Below, in pieces: positions 9,487 through 20,169 of a stretch of DNA of 64,000 bases (its first letter is position 1; every line of letters starts with the position of its first letter). The translations under genes were made by a program, and so were the position numbers. Source of the stretch: Patescibacteria group bacterium (GTDB lineage Bacteria; Patescibacteriota; Microgenomatia; UBA12405); contig WARW01000001.1 in the NCBI GenBank assembly GCA_013387215.1, forward strand, positions 119,301 to 183,300, in the 5' to 3' direction. The notes under the pieces are model-generated. The model had not been told where the DNA came from. It ran no database searches and saw only the letters and a program-made list of their open reading frames with translations.

Positions 9487-9666
9487 GTACTCGCTATTAT
9501 ATCAAAATTATTTTAAAGTCTCCCTTGCTTAAGGCAATCAAATTCAAAGGAAATTTTAGTAATAACAGAGTCAGGATACAAAAAAGCCGTCAAATTAATG
9601 ACGACCTCTCTGTTTCAATATTCGTTTGGACAAGTAGTAACATAAACGATAGGTTTATGTTCTTTG

Positions 9667-9736
9667 TTGCGGGGCCAGGAGTTGAACCTGGCCTGTGAGA
9701 TTATGAGCCTCACGTGCAGCCGTACACTACCCCGCA
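9667..9736 (-). tRNA. tRNA-Met (anticodon CAT), initiator-like
   Basis: Reverse complement TGCGGGG-TA-GTGT...TGAGG-CTCATAA-TCTCA-CAGG-CCAGG-TTCAACT-CCTGG-CCCCGCA-A. The CTCATAA anticodon loop and the 3' end GGTTCAA.TCC..CCCCGCAAC closely resemble bacterial tRNA-fMet. Position 1 is U, not C, so the 1-72 pair is not the classical C-A mismatch. Confidence 0.6.
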
Positions 9737-9771
9737 TGTTAAATGGACTTCGGAAGTTTATCACAACTTTT

Positions 9772-10128
9772 TTACTTAGTAAACAAATCAAACCACTGTT
9801 GAAATTTGGGCTTAACCGTCCCGATATTCTTATCTTCAAACAAATTTGTCTTTTTTTCTGGTGTCACTTGTATCCATACATCGTTTTCTGTGCCTAAGGC
9901 AAACTTATCTCTAGCTTGCTCTTCAAGATATGCGCTTGAACTTGCATATTCAATTTGGCTGATTAATTTTCGGTTGCTGATTTTTCGTTCAACTACGTTT
10001 TTTTCTAGCTCTTGAACTTGCGATCTGGCCATAACCAAAGCCGAAAACTGGCGGCTGATATTGATCCCAGCCGAAGCCGATACGATTAATACTACCAAAA
10101 GTAAGGTTATAAACTTGATTTGCTTCAT
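9772..10128 (-). CDS. septum formation initiator (FtsB/DivIC-like) protein
   Basis: 118 aa with an N-terminal TM helix, a coiled coil and a C-terminal motif similar to FtsB (SSAYLEEQARDKFALG). Confidence 0.45.
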   Translation of the reverse strand: MKQIKFITLLLVVLIVSASAGINISRQFSALVMARSQVQELEKNVVERKISNRKLISQIEYASSSAYLEEQARDKFALGTENDVWIQVTPEKKTNLFEDKNIGTVKPKFQQWFDLFTK

Positions 10129-10191
10129 ATAGCTTGTAGTTTATCCCAATTTGTGTTACTATAAGTCATATTTTACATAATTTAACGCCTT

Positions 10192-11061
10192 ATGTCCGAT
10201 TTATCTTTAGATGGAGCCTTAAATCTATTTGTCAACGCCCTTTCCAAGAAGGGTAAATCTACTAATACTATAGTAGCTTACAAAGGCGACATCAATCAAC
10301 TAATTAGCTTCTTAAAAGCGCAATCTAACGTTGCCACTATTGACGTTATCCAAGGTTCAGATATTGATAACTTCAAAAAAGACCTAATTAAAAACAACTA
10401 TACTGCGAAATCAGTTTCTCGAAAATTGAATTCCATCAAAAATTTCTTCTCTTTTCTAAAGACCGAAGGAGTAATTTCTGCCGATCCATCTTCAGAAATT
10501 AAACATCCTCGATACGAAAACGATCTTCCAAAGATTTTAAAACCGATTGAATATCGTTCACTTCGCGATGCCTGCCGAAATGATTCTCGTGCTACTGCTA
10601 TCGTCGAATTGATGCTTCAAGCTGGTTTAAGAATCAAAGAAATTGAAAATCTTAAACTTGATAACGTTAAAGACAATGAAGTTTTCATCGAAAGCTATGA
10701 AAGTCATTCTGATAGAATCGTTCCTTTAAATAATTCTGCTAAAACTGCTTTAAAAAAGTACCTTGATGAAGGCCGTTACAACAGCAAATCTAAAAATGTA
10801 TTTGTCACTAAAACTGGTCGAACTCTTTTAGCTAGAAACATTCGTAGTCTTTTGAACCGTTATTTTGATAAAGCCGATATTAAAGGTGTCAAAGTCAACG
10901 ACTTGCGTAACACTTTTATCGTTTTTCAACTTAAATCCGGTGTTCCAATCGATGTTGTCTCTCAAATCGTTGGTCACAAAAGAATTTCTACTACCGAAAA
11001 GTATTTGGAATTAATTGATTCTAAAGAAGAAGGTAAGGGAATTAAACTTAAAGAACTATAA
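10192..11061 (+). CDS. tyrosine site-specific recombinase, XerC/XerD-like
   Basis: N-terminal SAM-like core-binding domain; the C-terminal catalytic region has conserved R...LR and VGHKRISTTEKY (the H-x-x-R...Y of tyrosine recombinases). 289 aa. Confidence 0.7.
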   Translation: MSDLSLDGALNLFVNALSKKGKSTNTIVAYKGDINQLISFLKAQSNVATIDVIQGSDIDNFKKDLIKNNYTAKSVSRKLNSIKNFFSFLKTEGVISADPSSEIKHPRYENDLPKILKPIEYRSLRDACRNDSRATAIVELMLQAGLRIKEIENLKLDNVKDNEVFIESYESHSDRIVPLNNSAKTALKKYLDEGRYNSKSKNVFVTKTGRTLLARNIRSLLNRYFDKADIKGVKVNDLRNTFIVFQLKSGVPIDVVSQIVGHKRISTTEKYLELIDSKEEGKGIKLKEL

Positions 11062-13389
11062 TCTAGCTCTTCTAGCTATCTCTGCTTCAACGATTGCTCT
11101 TGGTCGGCCATATTTTAAGGCTGACAATTTCTTAATCATCTCAGCCATCTTAGGATTGCCTGGCATTTTCTTTTCTTTGGCGGCCACTTTTAAAGAGAAT
11201 GGAGTTTCCGGAACTCCATTAATCATGGTTTTCATATAAATTTCTCCAGTGCCTAAATTCAAAAGATCATGTTCGCTGAAAGTTGGACTGAATTGTTTTT
11301 GTAAAAAGCCGGCATCGGAAATACCCAATCGGAAACTAGAAATTGTACCCACGTTTCCAAAAACAGCATTTTTAACTTCATCATCCATCTGGGAAATAAA
11401 CTGGTTGGCCACGGTTAAATTCAAATGATATTTTCTGGCTTCCGACAAAATCACTGCAAAATCTTGAGTAGCAAAATTTTGGAATTCGTCCACATATAGG
11501 TAAAAATCTTTTCTCATTGCTTCTGGTACATCTTGTCGGCTCATGGCGGCAATTAATATTTTTGGAATCAAAACTAAGCCCAAGAAAGCCGAATTTTCTT
11601 CTCCAATTGTTCCTTTTGCCAAATTAATTATCAAAATTTTTCCGTCATCCATTGCCTGTCTGAAATTAAAAGATGAGGTAGATTGGCCAATAATATTTCT
11701 CATCATGGTGTTAGTAATGAAACGGCCGAATTTAGACACGATATAATCCAACACTTCTGATTTATGAAAGTCGTTTGTTTGGGCAATTTGATCGGTCCAA
11801 TATCTTTTCACCATTGGATCGTTCAATTTTGGCAATAATTCCTGGACATATGATGGATCAGTTAAACAACGGACAATTTCGATAAATGTGGCTCCTTTTT
11901 CCGTCATTACCGTCAACATGATGTTTCTGATAGCATGTTCAAATCGGGGGCCCACGATTCCAGTTTTGTATGGATCGTATAATTTATACATTAAGTTGAT
12001 AATTGAAGAAGTCACAAAATCTTTTTGATCTTCCCGTTCGCATTCCATCACGTTAAAACCCATTGGTCTTTCCACCATGCTTGGGTCAAAATAAATCACA
12101 TCATCAACTCTTTCTGGAGGGATTCTTTCCAAAATACTTTCAAATGTATCATGTGGATCAATAAAACAAACTCCGTGTCCCGCTTTAATATCCTGAAGTG
12201 CCATATCTGCCAAAAGCCATGATTTACCCACACCTGTTTGCCCCACAATATAAAAGTGTCTTTGTCGATCAACTGGACTCATGCAAAACTTTTTGCTTAC
12301 TCCTCGATATAAATTATCTCCAATATACATACCTTCCTGAGGTGAGTTAATTGGAGCTGGAGCTTTTTTCGATTTTAGCCAATAAATATTTGGTGTTTCA
12401 ATTGATTTATTTGGTAAATGAAAAATCGAAACAATTTCGTCTGAAGATAAAATAGTTTTGTGTTTTTGCCAAAAAATCACTTGATATTTATAGATAAAAT
12501 CATCCATAAACAAATTCTTAAATCGGATCTTTTTACTTGAAAGTTTATTCCATGGAGATTCAAGATGACCAAAAGATGCCTTAATATTGGACAAATTCAT
12601 TTTGGCAATTTCCTGGCTTCCTGCCACCGACACAATTCTAATGGCTGTTTCAAATCCTGGTTTGCCGCATTTAGTTTCGATTGCCTCTAGTTGTCTAGCA
12701 TCAACCTTGTAAGAGGCTTTTTCTGGATTGGATTCTGATTTTTTAGTTGCGCTGATAAAACTTCGTCCCGCCTTAGACCAGGTACCATCAGTCGGGGAAA
12801 TAACAAATTGTATTGCCACTGCCTCATCTTTATTTAATTTTGATAAAGCTGAAGTAATCGAGGCCAGGGGATCAGTTGGAATTTCTTTGTAAGTTTTTAA
12901 AGGATAGTGAGATATTTTTTTTAAGGACAACCAGGCATATTCGACCGAACCGTTTTCGCAAAAAATATTTGGCTCATCAACCACTTGAATGTCTGCTCCG
13001 GCGTACACACTATATATTTGTTTTTCAATTAAATCCTGATAATTAGCCGGAATCGAAACATAAAATCTAATATCCTCATTGGTTCCCACAATTTCCAATG
13101 ATGCAACGGCTTGAGAATGTAAAGTTTGCAAAAATTTAAACTTTGCTGATTTATACATGCTCGATATGGCATTTATTATTTGCTCCATCGCATCAATCTT
13201 AACTTCATTGTCCTGAGGCACGGCAATTAACAGTGTTACTAATTTAAGTGAAGCTTCTTCTCTGTCTCTCCATCTATACCAAAGCAGTAGTGCATATCCA
13301 AGCATGGATAAAAGTATTAAAACCAAAACAATTACTCCTACTAAAAATAGGAGGCTAATTAATTGTCCGGTCAATGAATCTAGAGTCAT
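11056..13389 (-). CDS. VirB4/VirD4 (TraC/TraG)-superfamily P-loop NTPase with N-terminal TM segment; type IV secretion or DNA-transfer ATPase-like
   Basis: Walker A YIVGQTGVGKSWLL, then the CFIDPHD motif (the DPKGE-like motif of T4SS ATPases), Walker B YLYVDEFQNF and a C-terminal SEARKYHLNLTVANQ motif. A hydrophobic N-terminus precedes a long N-terminal domain. Confidence 0.5.
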   Translation of the reverse strand: MTLDSLTGQLISLLFLVGVIVLVLILLSMLGYALLLWYRWRDREEASLKLVTLLIAVPQDNEVKIDAMEQIINAISSMYKSAKFKFLQTLHSQAVASLEIVGTNEDIRFYVSIPANYQDLIEKQIYSVYAGADIQVVDEPNIFCENGSVEYAWLSLKKISHYPLKTYKEIPTDPLASITSALSKLNKDEAVAIQFVISPTDGTWSKAGRSFISATKKSESNPEKASYKVDARQLEAIETKCGKPGFETAIRIVSVAGSQEIAKMNLSNIKASFGHLESPWNKLSSKKIRFKNLFMDDFIYKYQVIFWQKHKTILSSDEIVSIFHLPNKSIETPNIYWLKSKKAPAPINSPQEGMYIGDNLYRGVSKKFCMSPVDRQRHFYIVGQTGVGKSWLLADMALQDIKAGHGVCFIDPHDTFESILERIPPERVDDVIYFDPSMVERPMGFNVMECEREDQKDFVTSSIINLMYKLYDPYKTGIVGPRFEHAIRNIMLTVMTEKGATFIEIVRCLTDPSYVQELLPKLNDPMVKRYWTDQIAQTNDFHKSEVLDYIVSKFGRFITNTMMRNIIGQSTSSFNFRQAMDDGKILIINLAKGTIGEENSAFLGLVLIPKILIAAMSRQDVPEAMRKDFYLYVDEFQNFATQDFAVILSEARKYHLNLTVANQFISQMDDEVKNAVFGNVGTISSFRLGISDAGFLQKQFSPTFSEHDLLNLGTGEIYMKTMINGVPETPFSLKVAAKEKKMPGNPKMAEMIKKLSALKYGRPRAIVEAEIARRARL

Positions 13390-13739
13390 TCTTGATTAAA
13401 TTTTACCTTACCTTTTTTAATTTTTATCACTCTAAACACGAATTCAGATAACCATCTTCCTGCATCAGACACGGTTTTGTTGAACCCATCTGAAAATGTT
13501 CTTTGGCTGATTGGTAAAACGATACTTGGATCAGTTGGTGCACTTGGTTTCAATATTGGCTGCCCACTGGTGTCATCAAAAACAGTTGGTGTTTGAGTTT
13601 GATTAGCCTCAACTTTTTCCATCCATGTTTTTACTTCCCGGGGAATCGTATCTCTGTCAGGTTTAATATCTATTATATCAACTACCTTTTTGGGTTTTTC
13701 TTCAATTGGGTTAAACATTCGTTCTTTATTTTCTGCCAT
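13386..13739 (-). CDS. hypothetical protein, coupled upstream of the T4SS-like ATPase
   Basis: Stop overlaps the ATPase start by 4 nt. Start set at the internal Met (MAENKERMF) to avoid overlap with the divergent gene at 13778. Confidence 0.3.
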   Translation of the reverse strand: MAENKERMFNPIEEKPKKVVDIIDIKPDRDTIPREVKTWMEKVEANQTQTPTVFDDTSGQPILKPSAPTDPSIVLPISQRTFSDGFNKTVSDAGRWLSEFVFRVIKIKKGKVKFNQE

Positions 13740-13777
13740 ACTATAAAAAGTATATGTTAAATTGATACAATCGACCA

Positions 13778-14935
13778 GTGGAACAAAACAACTACAAGCT
13801 ATCATCTATAACCAAAATCGATAAAAGAGCCCGTCTTCTACCTTGGTCTACTACTTTCATGATTTTAATTTTGATTGTAGTCTTTATTTGGTTTTTCCGT
13901 GGTGGCAGTTTTCGTTTTTATACCAGTATGTTTTTTGGCTTTTATGATTTGACCCAAGAAGCCTGGATATCTATCTTATTGGTAGGTCTAGCCCAGACAA
14001 TTATCTTTTTGCCATTTCGTTTTATTGGCGCCATTCTTAATCCTGATTTAAAAGAATTTGAGACTGAACTGGAAAAAACCAAAACCGATAATCAATATCT
14101 TATCTTTCATGAAAAAGTTCGCCAGGGGAATTCCTCTGTAGTTTTTTATATTTTAAATTTTGTTCTACTTGGTTTGGCTTTTTTCTCGGTTGGTCGTGTA
14201 TTTTTACTCGATTTTTACAATGAAAAAATTAATCCTGTTTACCTTTACCACTTTATTCCATACCCTGAATATCCGATTAAGGGCACAGATTTTGAATTCC
14301 CATTTTTCCATATAAATAGCACTTTTGCTCTGAATTGGCACACCATTTTTACTGCTTGGGGTATGGTTTTGGCAGTTATGGTCGCTTTAAGACTGCTTTG
14401 GATTATTCTAAAAAGATTTCTCAGTAAAAACAAATCTCTTCTTAATATCCGCATTAGTTATAATCGGCTGGTTTTAATTGGAAGCGGTTTTGCTGGCACT
14501 TTATTCATAGTATCCACTATATTTTTGCGCCATATTCCAAACTCCATTCAGTTCGTCTTTCTTTCTGCTGATCTCACCAAGCAAAATACAGTTTTCAATA
14601 TTATTACTGCTATTTGTACTTGTTTAGCCACTATCCACTCAGGTTACACTCACAATAAAGAAGCGGTCATTGTTGCCCGAAACAACAAAATCCCCGAAGC
14701 TGTTATCAATAAAGTTTTTAAAAATAATATGTCTGTCAGTTTAAGAAATGGCATATTTTTGGCTCTGCTGACCTATTGGATTACCCACCAAATGCCCAGT
14801 TCTCACGACTTATCAGTTTTATCTTTTGAATTTTTATACTTAATTTCGCCTTTTACTTTTGATATGTTAATTCCCAAAAAGACCAAAAAGATTACACTTC
14901 CCGATTTACCATATAATGTGCCAGTTCAACAATAA
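13778..14935 (+). CDS. polytopic membrane protein
   Basis: At least 8 predicted TM helices; no catalytic motif recognised. Confidence 0.4.
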   Translation: MEQNNYKLSSITKIDKRARLLPWSTTFMILILIVVFIWFFRGGSFRFYTSMFFGFYDLTQEAWISILLVGLAQTIIFLPFRFIGAILNPDLKEFETELEKTKTDNQYLIFHEKVRQGNSSVVFYILNFVLLGLAFFSVGRVFLLDFYNEKINPVYLYHFIPYPEYPIKGTDFEFPFFHINSTFALNWHTIFTAWGMVLAVMVALRLLWIILKRFLSKNKSLLNIRISYNRLVLIGSGFAGTLFIVSTIFLRHIPNSIQFVFLSADLTKQNTVFNIITAICTCLATIHSGYTHNKEAVIVARNNKIPEAVINKVFKNNMSVSLRNGIFLALLTYWITHQMPSSHDLSVLSFEFLYLISPFTFDMLIPKKTKKITLPDLPYNVPVQQ

Positions 14936-15953
14936 ATTCGATTGCTTCCCGATTTAAATCAAAGTTATATAATTTTTTAGCTGTTTCTACCGATTTTAAG
15001 GCATATTCTTTGGCAAGATTTTTTGAATATTCCCAAGAGCCGCTGTCTATAATTGCTTTTTTAGCCAAATCTACAAAAGCTTTATCATCAACTCCTTTAC
15101 CCCAAACATCTTTGATTGCTTTTACTTGTTCTTTTGAACCCATTTCTAAAGCTTTTAAAATCAACAAAGTTCTTTTGCCGTGAATCAAGTCTGAATTATC
15201 TGATTTGCCGGTTTTTTCAGAATCGCCAAAAATTCCTAAAATATCATCCTGAAGCTGAAAAGCCACTCCGCCATCCATTGAATATTTGCTTAAAATTTCT
15301 AAGACTTCTGGTTTTAACTGAGCAATAATTCCGCCGATTAATAGGGGATTTTCATAAGTATAAATAGCAGTTTTGCTTTTGTGTAAAGTCACCACATCCT
15401 CCTCAGACCAATTTTCCATTTTCTCAAGTCCGACATCAAAACTTTGCCCAAAAGTAGTATTAGTAATTCCCCTTATAAACTTTATAGATGCATTTTTTAT
15501 TGCCTCTTGCTCAAAGTTTGCTTTCAAAAGCATCTCAAACCCCAAACAAATCAATCCATCTCCTAAATTGTATGCCATCGATTCCCCGAAATGTTTGTCG
15601 CCTTGGCTAAAATACACATGAGTAGTTTCCTTGCCTCGTCTCAATTCATCTTGATCCATGACATCATCTTGCATTAAAAGACCGGTGTGAGCCAGCTCTA
15701 CTGCCATCATGGCCTTAAAAATTTCTTCGTTAAATTCTTTATTCCCCAGAAGATAGGCGTAATAAACAAATGCGGCTCTGAGTCTTTTGGCGTTTCTCAA
15801 ATTATGATCTTTGGCATGAAGAAGCATTTTTTTGACCAAATCTTTTTGGTTTTGATTAAAACCAAAATTAAGACTTATTTCTTCATCCCAATATTTTTCT
15901 AATTTTTGATCGGTCAAAAGAGCTATTTCTTTTAATTTTTGTTTTACGTCCAT
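14892..15953 (-). CDS. polyprenyl diphosphate synthase (trans-isoprenyl diphosphate synthase family)
   Basis: First DDxxD motif (LMQDDVMDQDELRRGK) and second (FQLQDDILGIFGD...KTGKSDNSDLIHGKRT) diagnostic of FPP/GGPP synthases. Confidence 0.75.
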   Translation of the reverse strand: MDVKQKLKEIALLTDQKLEKYWDEEISLNFGFNQNQKDLVKKMLLHAKDHNLRNAKRLRAAFVYYAYLLGNKEFNEEIFKAMMAVELAHTGLLMQDDVMDQDELRRGKETTHVYFSQGDKHFGESMAYNLGDGLICLGFEMLLKANFEQEAIKNASIKFIRGITNTTFGQSFDVGLEKMENWSEEDVVTLHKSKTAIYTYENPLLIGGIIAQLKPEVLEILSKYSMDGGVAFQLQDDILGIFGDSEKTGKSDNSDLIHGKRTLLILKALEMGSKEQVKAIKDVWGKGVDDKAFVDLAKKAIIDSGSWEYSKNLAKEYALKSVETAKKLYNFDLNREAIEFIVELAHYMVNREV

Positions 15954-16001
15954 TACATATTGTAGTCGTTATATATTTAAGATGCATTCGCCCTCAACTT
16001 T

Positions 16002-17195
16002 TTGTTAATCTTATTTATGACCACAATTAAAAATAGCTTGTTCACAGTTACTTTAGGTGGTTGGTATCAGCGCACGACTTTGCATTTAAGTGAAATTTAC
16101 GATTTATTCGCTCTCTCAAAATCCAAATTAAATCTGTCCTCTCAAAAAATTAACAATTATTATAACGAGCTTAATCTTATTTCAGTCACCCGCGAATCTG
16201 GTTATTTGGAATATATAAAAGCCATAACTACTGATGGCATTGAAATCCGGTATTACGAAGATGGATTATATATTTTAAGTACTAAATCCACTGATATTAA
16301 AAAGTCAGAAACTCAGCTCAAAAATTATTACGAACAATGTCTAAATCCGGCCATTTCCTACATTTTTTCCCTCGGCGCTCCAACTCCCAAAGTTCTTGCT
16401 GATATCAAAACTGAACACCCGATTGTTGTTTCAGCCAATAAAATAACTTTAAAACCAAGTGAAATTATAAAAAAATATGGTGAAATTTATAGCCAAATAG
16501 TTTCCGAAAATATATCCGTTCTCAAAACTCCCGATTATATTTTTATTATCAGTCCCAAAAGTAACAACAATATTAACGAACTCATTGAAATGCAAATATT
16601 TTTCCGGGAATTCAAAGATCAGCTGGAAAAATATTTATCAATTCACAGAACCATTTGGGAAGAAATTTCTAAAATTAAAGAGCAGGGAATCATCAAAGGC
16701 AATGAAGTTGAAAAAGTCCGAAATCAGCTGGATTCTTATCAAAAAACCGTTAATTTGATTTCCAGCCGCATAAATCAAATGGGCGCTTATCTTAACACCC
16801 GCGCCTCCATCACTAAGCGTTTAGAAATTGAGAAGCAGCTTTTGGATATTTTTCAATACAAATTTGAGACGCTTTCAGACACCCATCTCTACATCAAAGA
16901 AATTTGGAAAATGACCAACGATTATCTTTCCACTGCTATTCAGGTTGTGGTTGAAGTCCGTAATATGACCACCAACAACAGCATCCAATCACTGCGAATC
17001 ATTACTACTATTGGTGTTTTATCTGGAATTGTTGGTTATCTTTCTAAAGATCAATTTCCCCGCCTTACTTTAACTGGCATTTGGTACTTTGTCGTTTTAA
17101 TTTTGGCAACTTGGGCTATAAATAAAATTGTCAGTCTGACTTATCAAAACATGAAATATAAACTTAAATTTTCTCAGGATCAAAAAAAGCTATGA
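16002..17195 (+). CDS. hypothetical protein with C-terminal TM hairpin
   Basis: Soluble N-terminal ~330 aa followed by two C-terminal TM helices (CorA-like topology but no GMN motif). Confidence 0.3.
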   Translation: MLILFMTTIKNSLFTVTLGGWYQRTTLHLSEIYDLFALSKSKLNLSSQKINNYYNELNLISVTRESGYLEYIKAITTDGIEIRYYEDGLYILSTKSTDIKKSETQLKNYYEQCLNPAISYIFSLGAPTPKVLADIKTEHPIVVSANKITLKPSEIIKKYGEIYSQIVSENISVLKTPDYIFIISPKSNNNINELIEMQIFFREFKDQLEKYLSIHRTIWEEISKIKEQGIIKGNEVEKVRNQLDSYQKTVNLISSRINQMGAYLNTRASITKRLEIEKQLLDIFQYKFETLSDTHLYIKEIWKMTNDYLSTAIQVVVEVRNMTTNNSIQSLRIITTIGVLSGIVGYLSKDQFPRLTLTGIWYFVVLILATWAINKIVSLTYQNMKYKLKFSQDQKKL

Positions 17196-18283
17196 ATCCG
17201 AAGTTGGTTAAAGCTATTTTCTTGCAATTTTCTGGCATAGTCGGAGCCGGAATCTTCACTTTGCCCTACCTTTTTTATCATTCCAATTTTATCTTTTCCG
17301 TATTTTTGCTATCAACTATTGCCGTTATTACCATCATATTGAACATCTTCTATATTGAAATTATTCTCAAAACTCCCGGCGATCATCAGCTTTCTGGGTA
17401 TGCCGAAATTTACTTAGGTAAATTTTTTAAAGTAGTCAGCTCTCTTAGTATATTTTTAATCGCTTTTGGAGCACTTCTGGTCTATATGAAGTTGGCTTCA
17501 GTTTTTTTGGCCGTTATTTTTCCTTTTTTGTCAGGCATTTTGGGAATTATCTTTTTTCTTTTAATCTTTACTGTCACTAATTTTCTCCATCTAAAACCAT
17601 CAGGTAAATTTTTTGAAGCTCTGCCCTTTCTAATATTTATTTCTATAATTTTAATTTTCTTTTTTTCTTTGAAGTTTCCAAGTTCAACCTTAATCAGCTT
17701 TTCCGCTCCTTCTATTTCATTTTTAGGCATCATCATCTTTACTATCAGTGGTTTTACGATTATTCCCGAGATTGAAGAGCTGCTCAGGTCTACTTATCAC
17801 AAAAAAGAATATTTAATTAAATCTTCTATCATTGGCACTCTCATATCGGTCCTAGTTTATACATTGTTTACTTACTCGATTATAAAAATTAATGGTTCCT
17901 CCGTTAGTCCTGACACTATAAGTGGCCTTGTTGCCTCTCATCCATTGGTTGCCAAATCATTAGCTCTCTTGGGTTTGGTTATAATTTTTAAGGCCGGTCT
18001 TAATATGATTTTAATTATTAAAGAAGTTTTTTACCGCGACTTTTCTATTTCTCAGAAAAAATCATATCTTTTATCGAGCCTAATTCCATTTTCCATTTTT
18101 CTTTTTTTATCCGTTTCGTTTCTTAGTATAATTTCAGTTACCGGTGCAGTTTCTGTGGCATTATCGGCTATAATTATTTGTCTTATGCGTCTAAAAATAA
18201 GCCATTCAATTCTTGTTGATGTCTTCATTTTTTTGATAATTTTTACATTTGTTGTCGGACTATTGTCAATTTTTCCGCTATAA
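17192..18283 (+). CDS. amino acid permease-like polytopic membrane transporter
   Basis: 10-11 TM helices. N-terminal FSGIVGAGIFTLPY resembles the G-x-G-I/L-x-x-LP signature of aromatic amino acid/SLC-type permeases. Start overlaps the preceding gene stop (ATGA). Confidence 0.4.
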   Translation: MNPKLVKAIFLQFSGIVGAGIFTLPYLFYHSNFIFSVFLLSTIAVITIILNIFYIEIILKTPGDHQLSGYAEIYLGKFFKVVSSLSIFLIAFGALLVYMKLASVFLAVIFPFLSGILGIIFFLLIFTVTNFLHLKPSGKFFEALPFLIFISIILIFFFSLKFPSSTLISFSAPSISFLGIIIFTISGFTIIPEIEELLRSTYHKKEYLIKSSIIGTLISVLVYTLFTYSIIKINGSSVSPDTISGLVASHPLVAKSLALLGLVIIFKAGLNMILIIKEVFYRDFSISQKKSYLLSSLIPFSIFLFLSVSFLSIISVTGAVSVALSAIIICLMRLKISHSILVDVFIFLIIFTFVVGLLSIFPL

Positions 18284-18329
18284 AATTAATATTTTTCAAG
18301 ATCATACCGAAAAATGTTAAAATTGGGTT

Positions 18330-20120
18330 GTGGAGAACCAGGTAGACGAAATCAAGCAAAAAATAAATATTGTCGATATCATCAATCGCTACGTCCCTTT
18401 AAAAAAACGTGGCCGGCATCATATTGCCTGCTGTCCTTTTCACGGCGAAAAAACCCCATCTTTTACTGTTTCTGAAGAACTTCAAATTTATAAATGTTTT
18501 GGCTGCGGCAAAGCCGGCGATGTTTTTAATTTTTTAGAAGAATATGAAAGAATTGATTTCCGTGAAGCTTTGGAAGAACTTGCCAAAATTGCTGGAGTCG
18601 TCTTGGTCAGGAGCGACAACTATAGCCAGGAAGAAAAAAATAAAAAGCTTTTGATTGAAATCAACAATGAAGTTGCCAAATTCTACAACTATATTCTTTT
18701 GTCCCATCCCTTGGGTGAAAAAGCTCTTGAATATGTTCTAAATCGGGGTATAACCAAAGAAACTCTGAAAAAATTTAAAGCTGGCTATTCTCCTGCCAAC
18801 ACTCAATTAATTACCAACTATTTACTTAAAAAAGGTTTCAAAATCCCAGAACTTATTGCCACCGGTACTTTTGGCCAAAGCAATTATGGCGGCAACAAAC
18901 TATACGATCGTTTTCAAGACCGGCTTACTTTTCCATTAACCAACTATCGCGATCAAATTCTTGGTTTTTCTGGCCGAATTTTGCCCACCAGTGCCAATCC
19001 AAATCTTGCTAAATATATTAATTCACCAGAAACGGAAATTTATCACAAAAGCCAAATGCTTTTTGGCCTAAATCTAGCCAAGGAAGCCATCAGACTGGAA
19101 AATTCCGTCATTATTGTCGAAGGTGAGTTTGATATGATTTCTCCCTACCAAGCTGGTTTTCAAAACATTGTGGCTCTAAAGGGGACTGCTTTTACTCAAG
19201 AACAGCTTCAGCTTTTAAGACGCTATACTGACACTCTAATTTTAGGTCTCGATTCTGATTTTGCCGGCAACAATGCCGCCCGAAAAAGCATTGAACTTGC
19301 CGATTCTCTTGAATTTGATATTCGTGTTTTAACTTTGGGAGATTACAAAGATCCCGATGAAGCCATAAAAGGTGATTTGGAATTTTTCAAAAAACAGCTC
19401 AAAAATACTGTTCCAGTCTGGGATTTTATCATTGAATCTGTGGCCAAAGCTAATGATTCTTCCACAATTAAGGGTAAAAAAGAGATTTTGGCTCAAGTGT
19501 TGCCGTTTTTGGTAAAAATCAACAATTCCGTTATCCGCGCCGATTATTTCAAAAAACTTTCCAACGAGCTTGGTTCCGACGAAGAATCAATTTATCAGGA
19601 AGCCCAAAGATATCAGCTCAGCACCAGTCCATCCAACAATTATTCTTATGCTCCAAAAGAAAATATTGCCGATTCATCGCCTAAAACAGAGAGGTATGAG
19701 GAACTGCTTTTAATGCTGGTTTTTAGCGCCCACAAACCTGTTGCCCTCGCCAAAAAGATCGAAAAATATTTAAACCTTTTCAACACTCCTAAATTCAAAA
19801 CTTTATCATCTGCGCTTTTAAGCCAAATTGAATTTGAGCCTCGGGTTTATCAAGACAGTATCCCAGCCGAACTCCGGCCGATTTTTCAAAATTTATACTT
19901 AAACGGCACTGCTTTGCAGCTTGATTCTCAAAACCGGCTTAAAGAAATCAAAAAAGTCGCTACTCAGCTAAATGTTTTAGTTCTTAAAGACCAAATTCAG
20001 GAATTAACCAAAAAAATCGCCAAACTCGAGCTTAATGAAGAGGAAGAAGAGCTTAAACAAGCCGAATTGGACTACAATTTACTCCTAGCAAAATTGTCGA
20101 AATTACAGTTGAAAAAATAA
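18330..20120 (+). CDS. dnaG: DNA primase
   Basis: CHC2 zinc finger (CPFHGEKTPSFTV...YKCFGCGKAGD) and TOPRIM motif (VIIVEGEFDMIS...LGLDSD). Confidence 0.85.
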   Translation: MENQVDEIKQKINIVDIINRYVPLKKRGRHHIACCPFHGEKTPSFTVSEELQIYKCFGCGKAGDVFNFLEEYERIDFREALEELAKIAGVVLVRSDNYSQEEKNKKLLIEINNEVAKFYNYILLSHPLGEKALEYVLNRGITKETLKKFKAGYSPANTQLITNYLLKKGFKIPELIATGTFGQSNYGGNKLYDRFQDRLTFPLTNYRDQILGFSGRILPTSANPNLAKYINSPETEIYHKSQMLFGLNLAKEAIRLENSVIIVEGEFDMISPYQAGFQNIVALKGTAFTQEQLQLLRRYTDTLILGLDSDFAGNNAARKSIELADSLEFDIRVLTLGDYKDPDEAIKGDLEFFKKQLKNTVPVWDFIIESVAKANDSSTIKGKKEILAQVLPFLVKINNSVIRADYFKKLSNELGSDEESIYQEAQRYQLSTSPSNNYSYAPKENIADSSPKTERYEELLLMLVFSAHKPVALAKKIEKYLNLFNTPKFKTLSSALLSQIEFEPRVYQDSIPAELRPIFQNLYLNGTALQLDSQNRLKEIKKVATQLNVLVLKDQIQELTKKIAKLELNEEEEELKQAELDYNLLLAKLSKLQLKK

Positions 20121-20169
20121 ATATTTCAAAATATAGATTTATTCCCGTAATTCATATACAATATACGAC

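Noticed and set aside
9615-9897. Two small ORFs (9615..9839 - and 9664..9897 +)
   Set aside because: They overlap the initiator-like tRNA at 9667..9736 and the FtsB-like gene; no coding signal.
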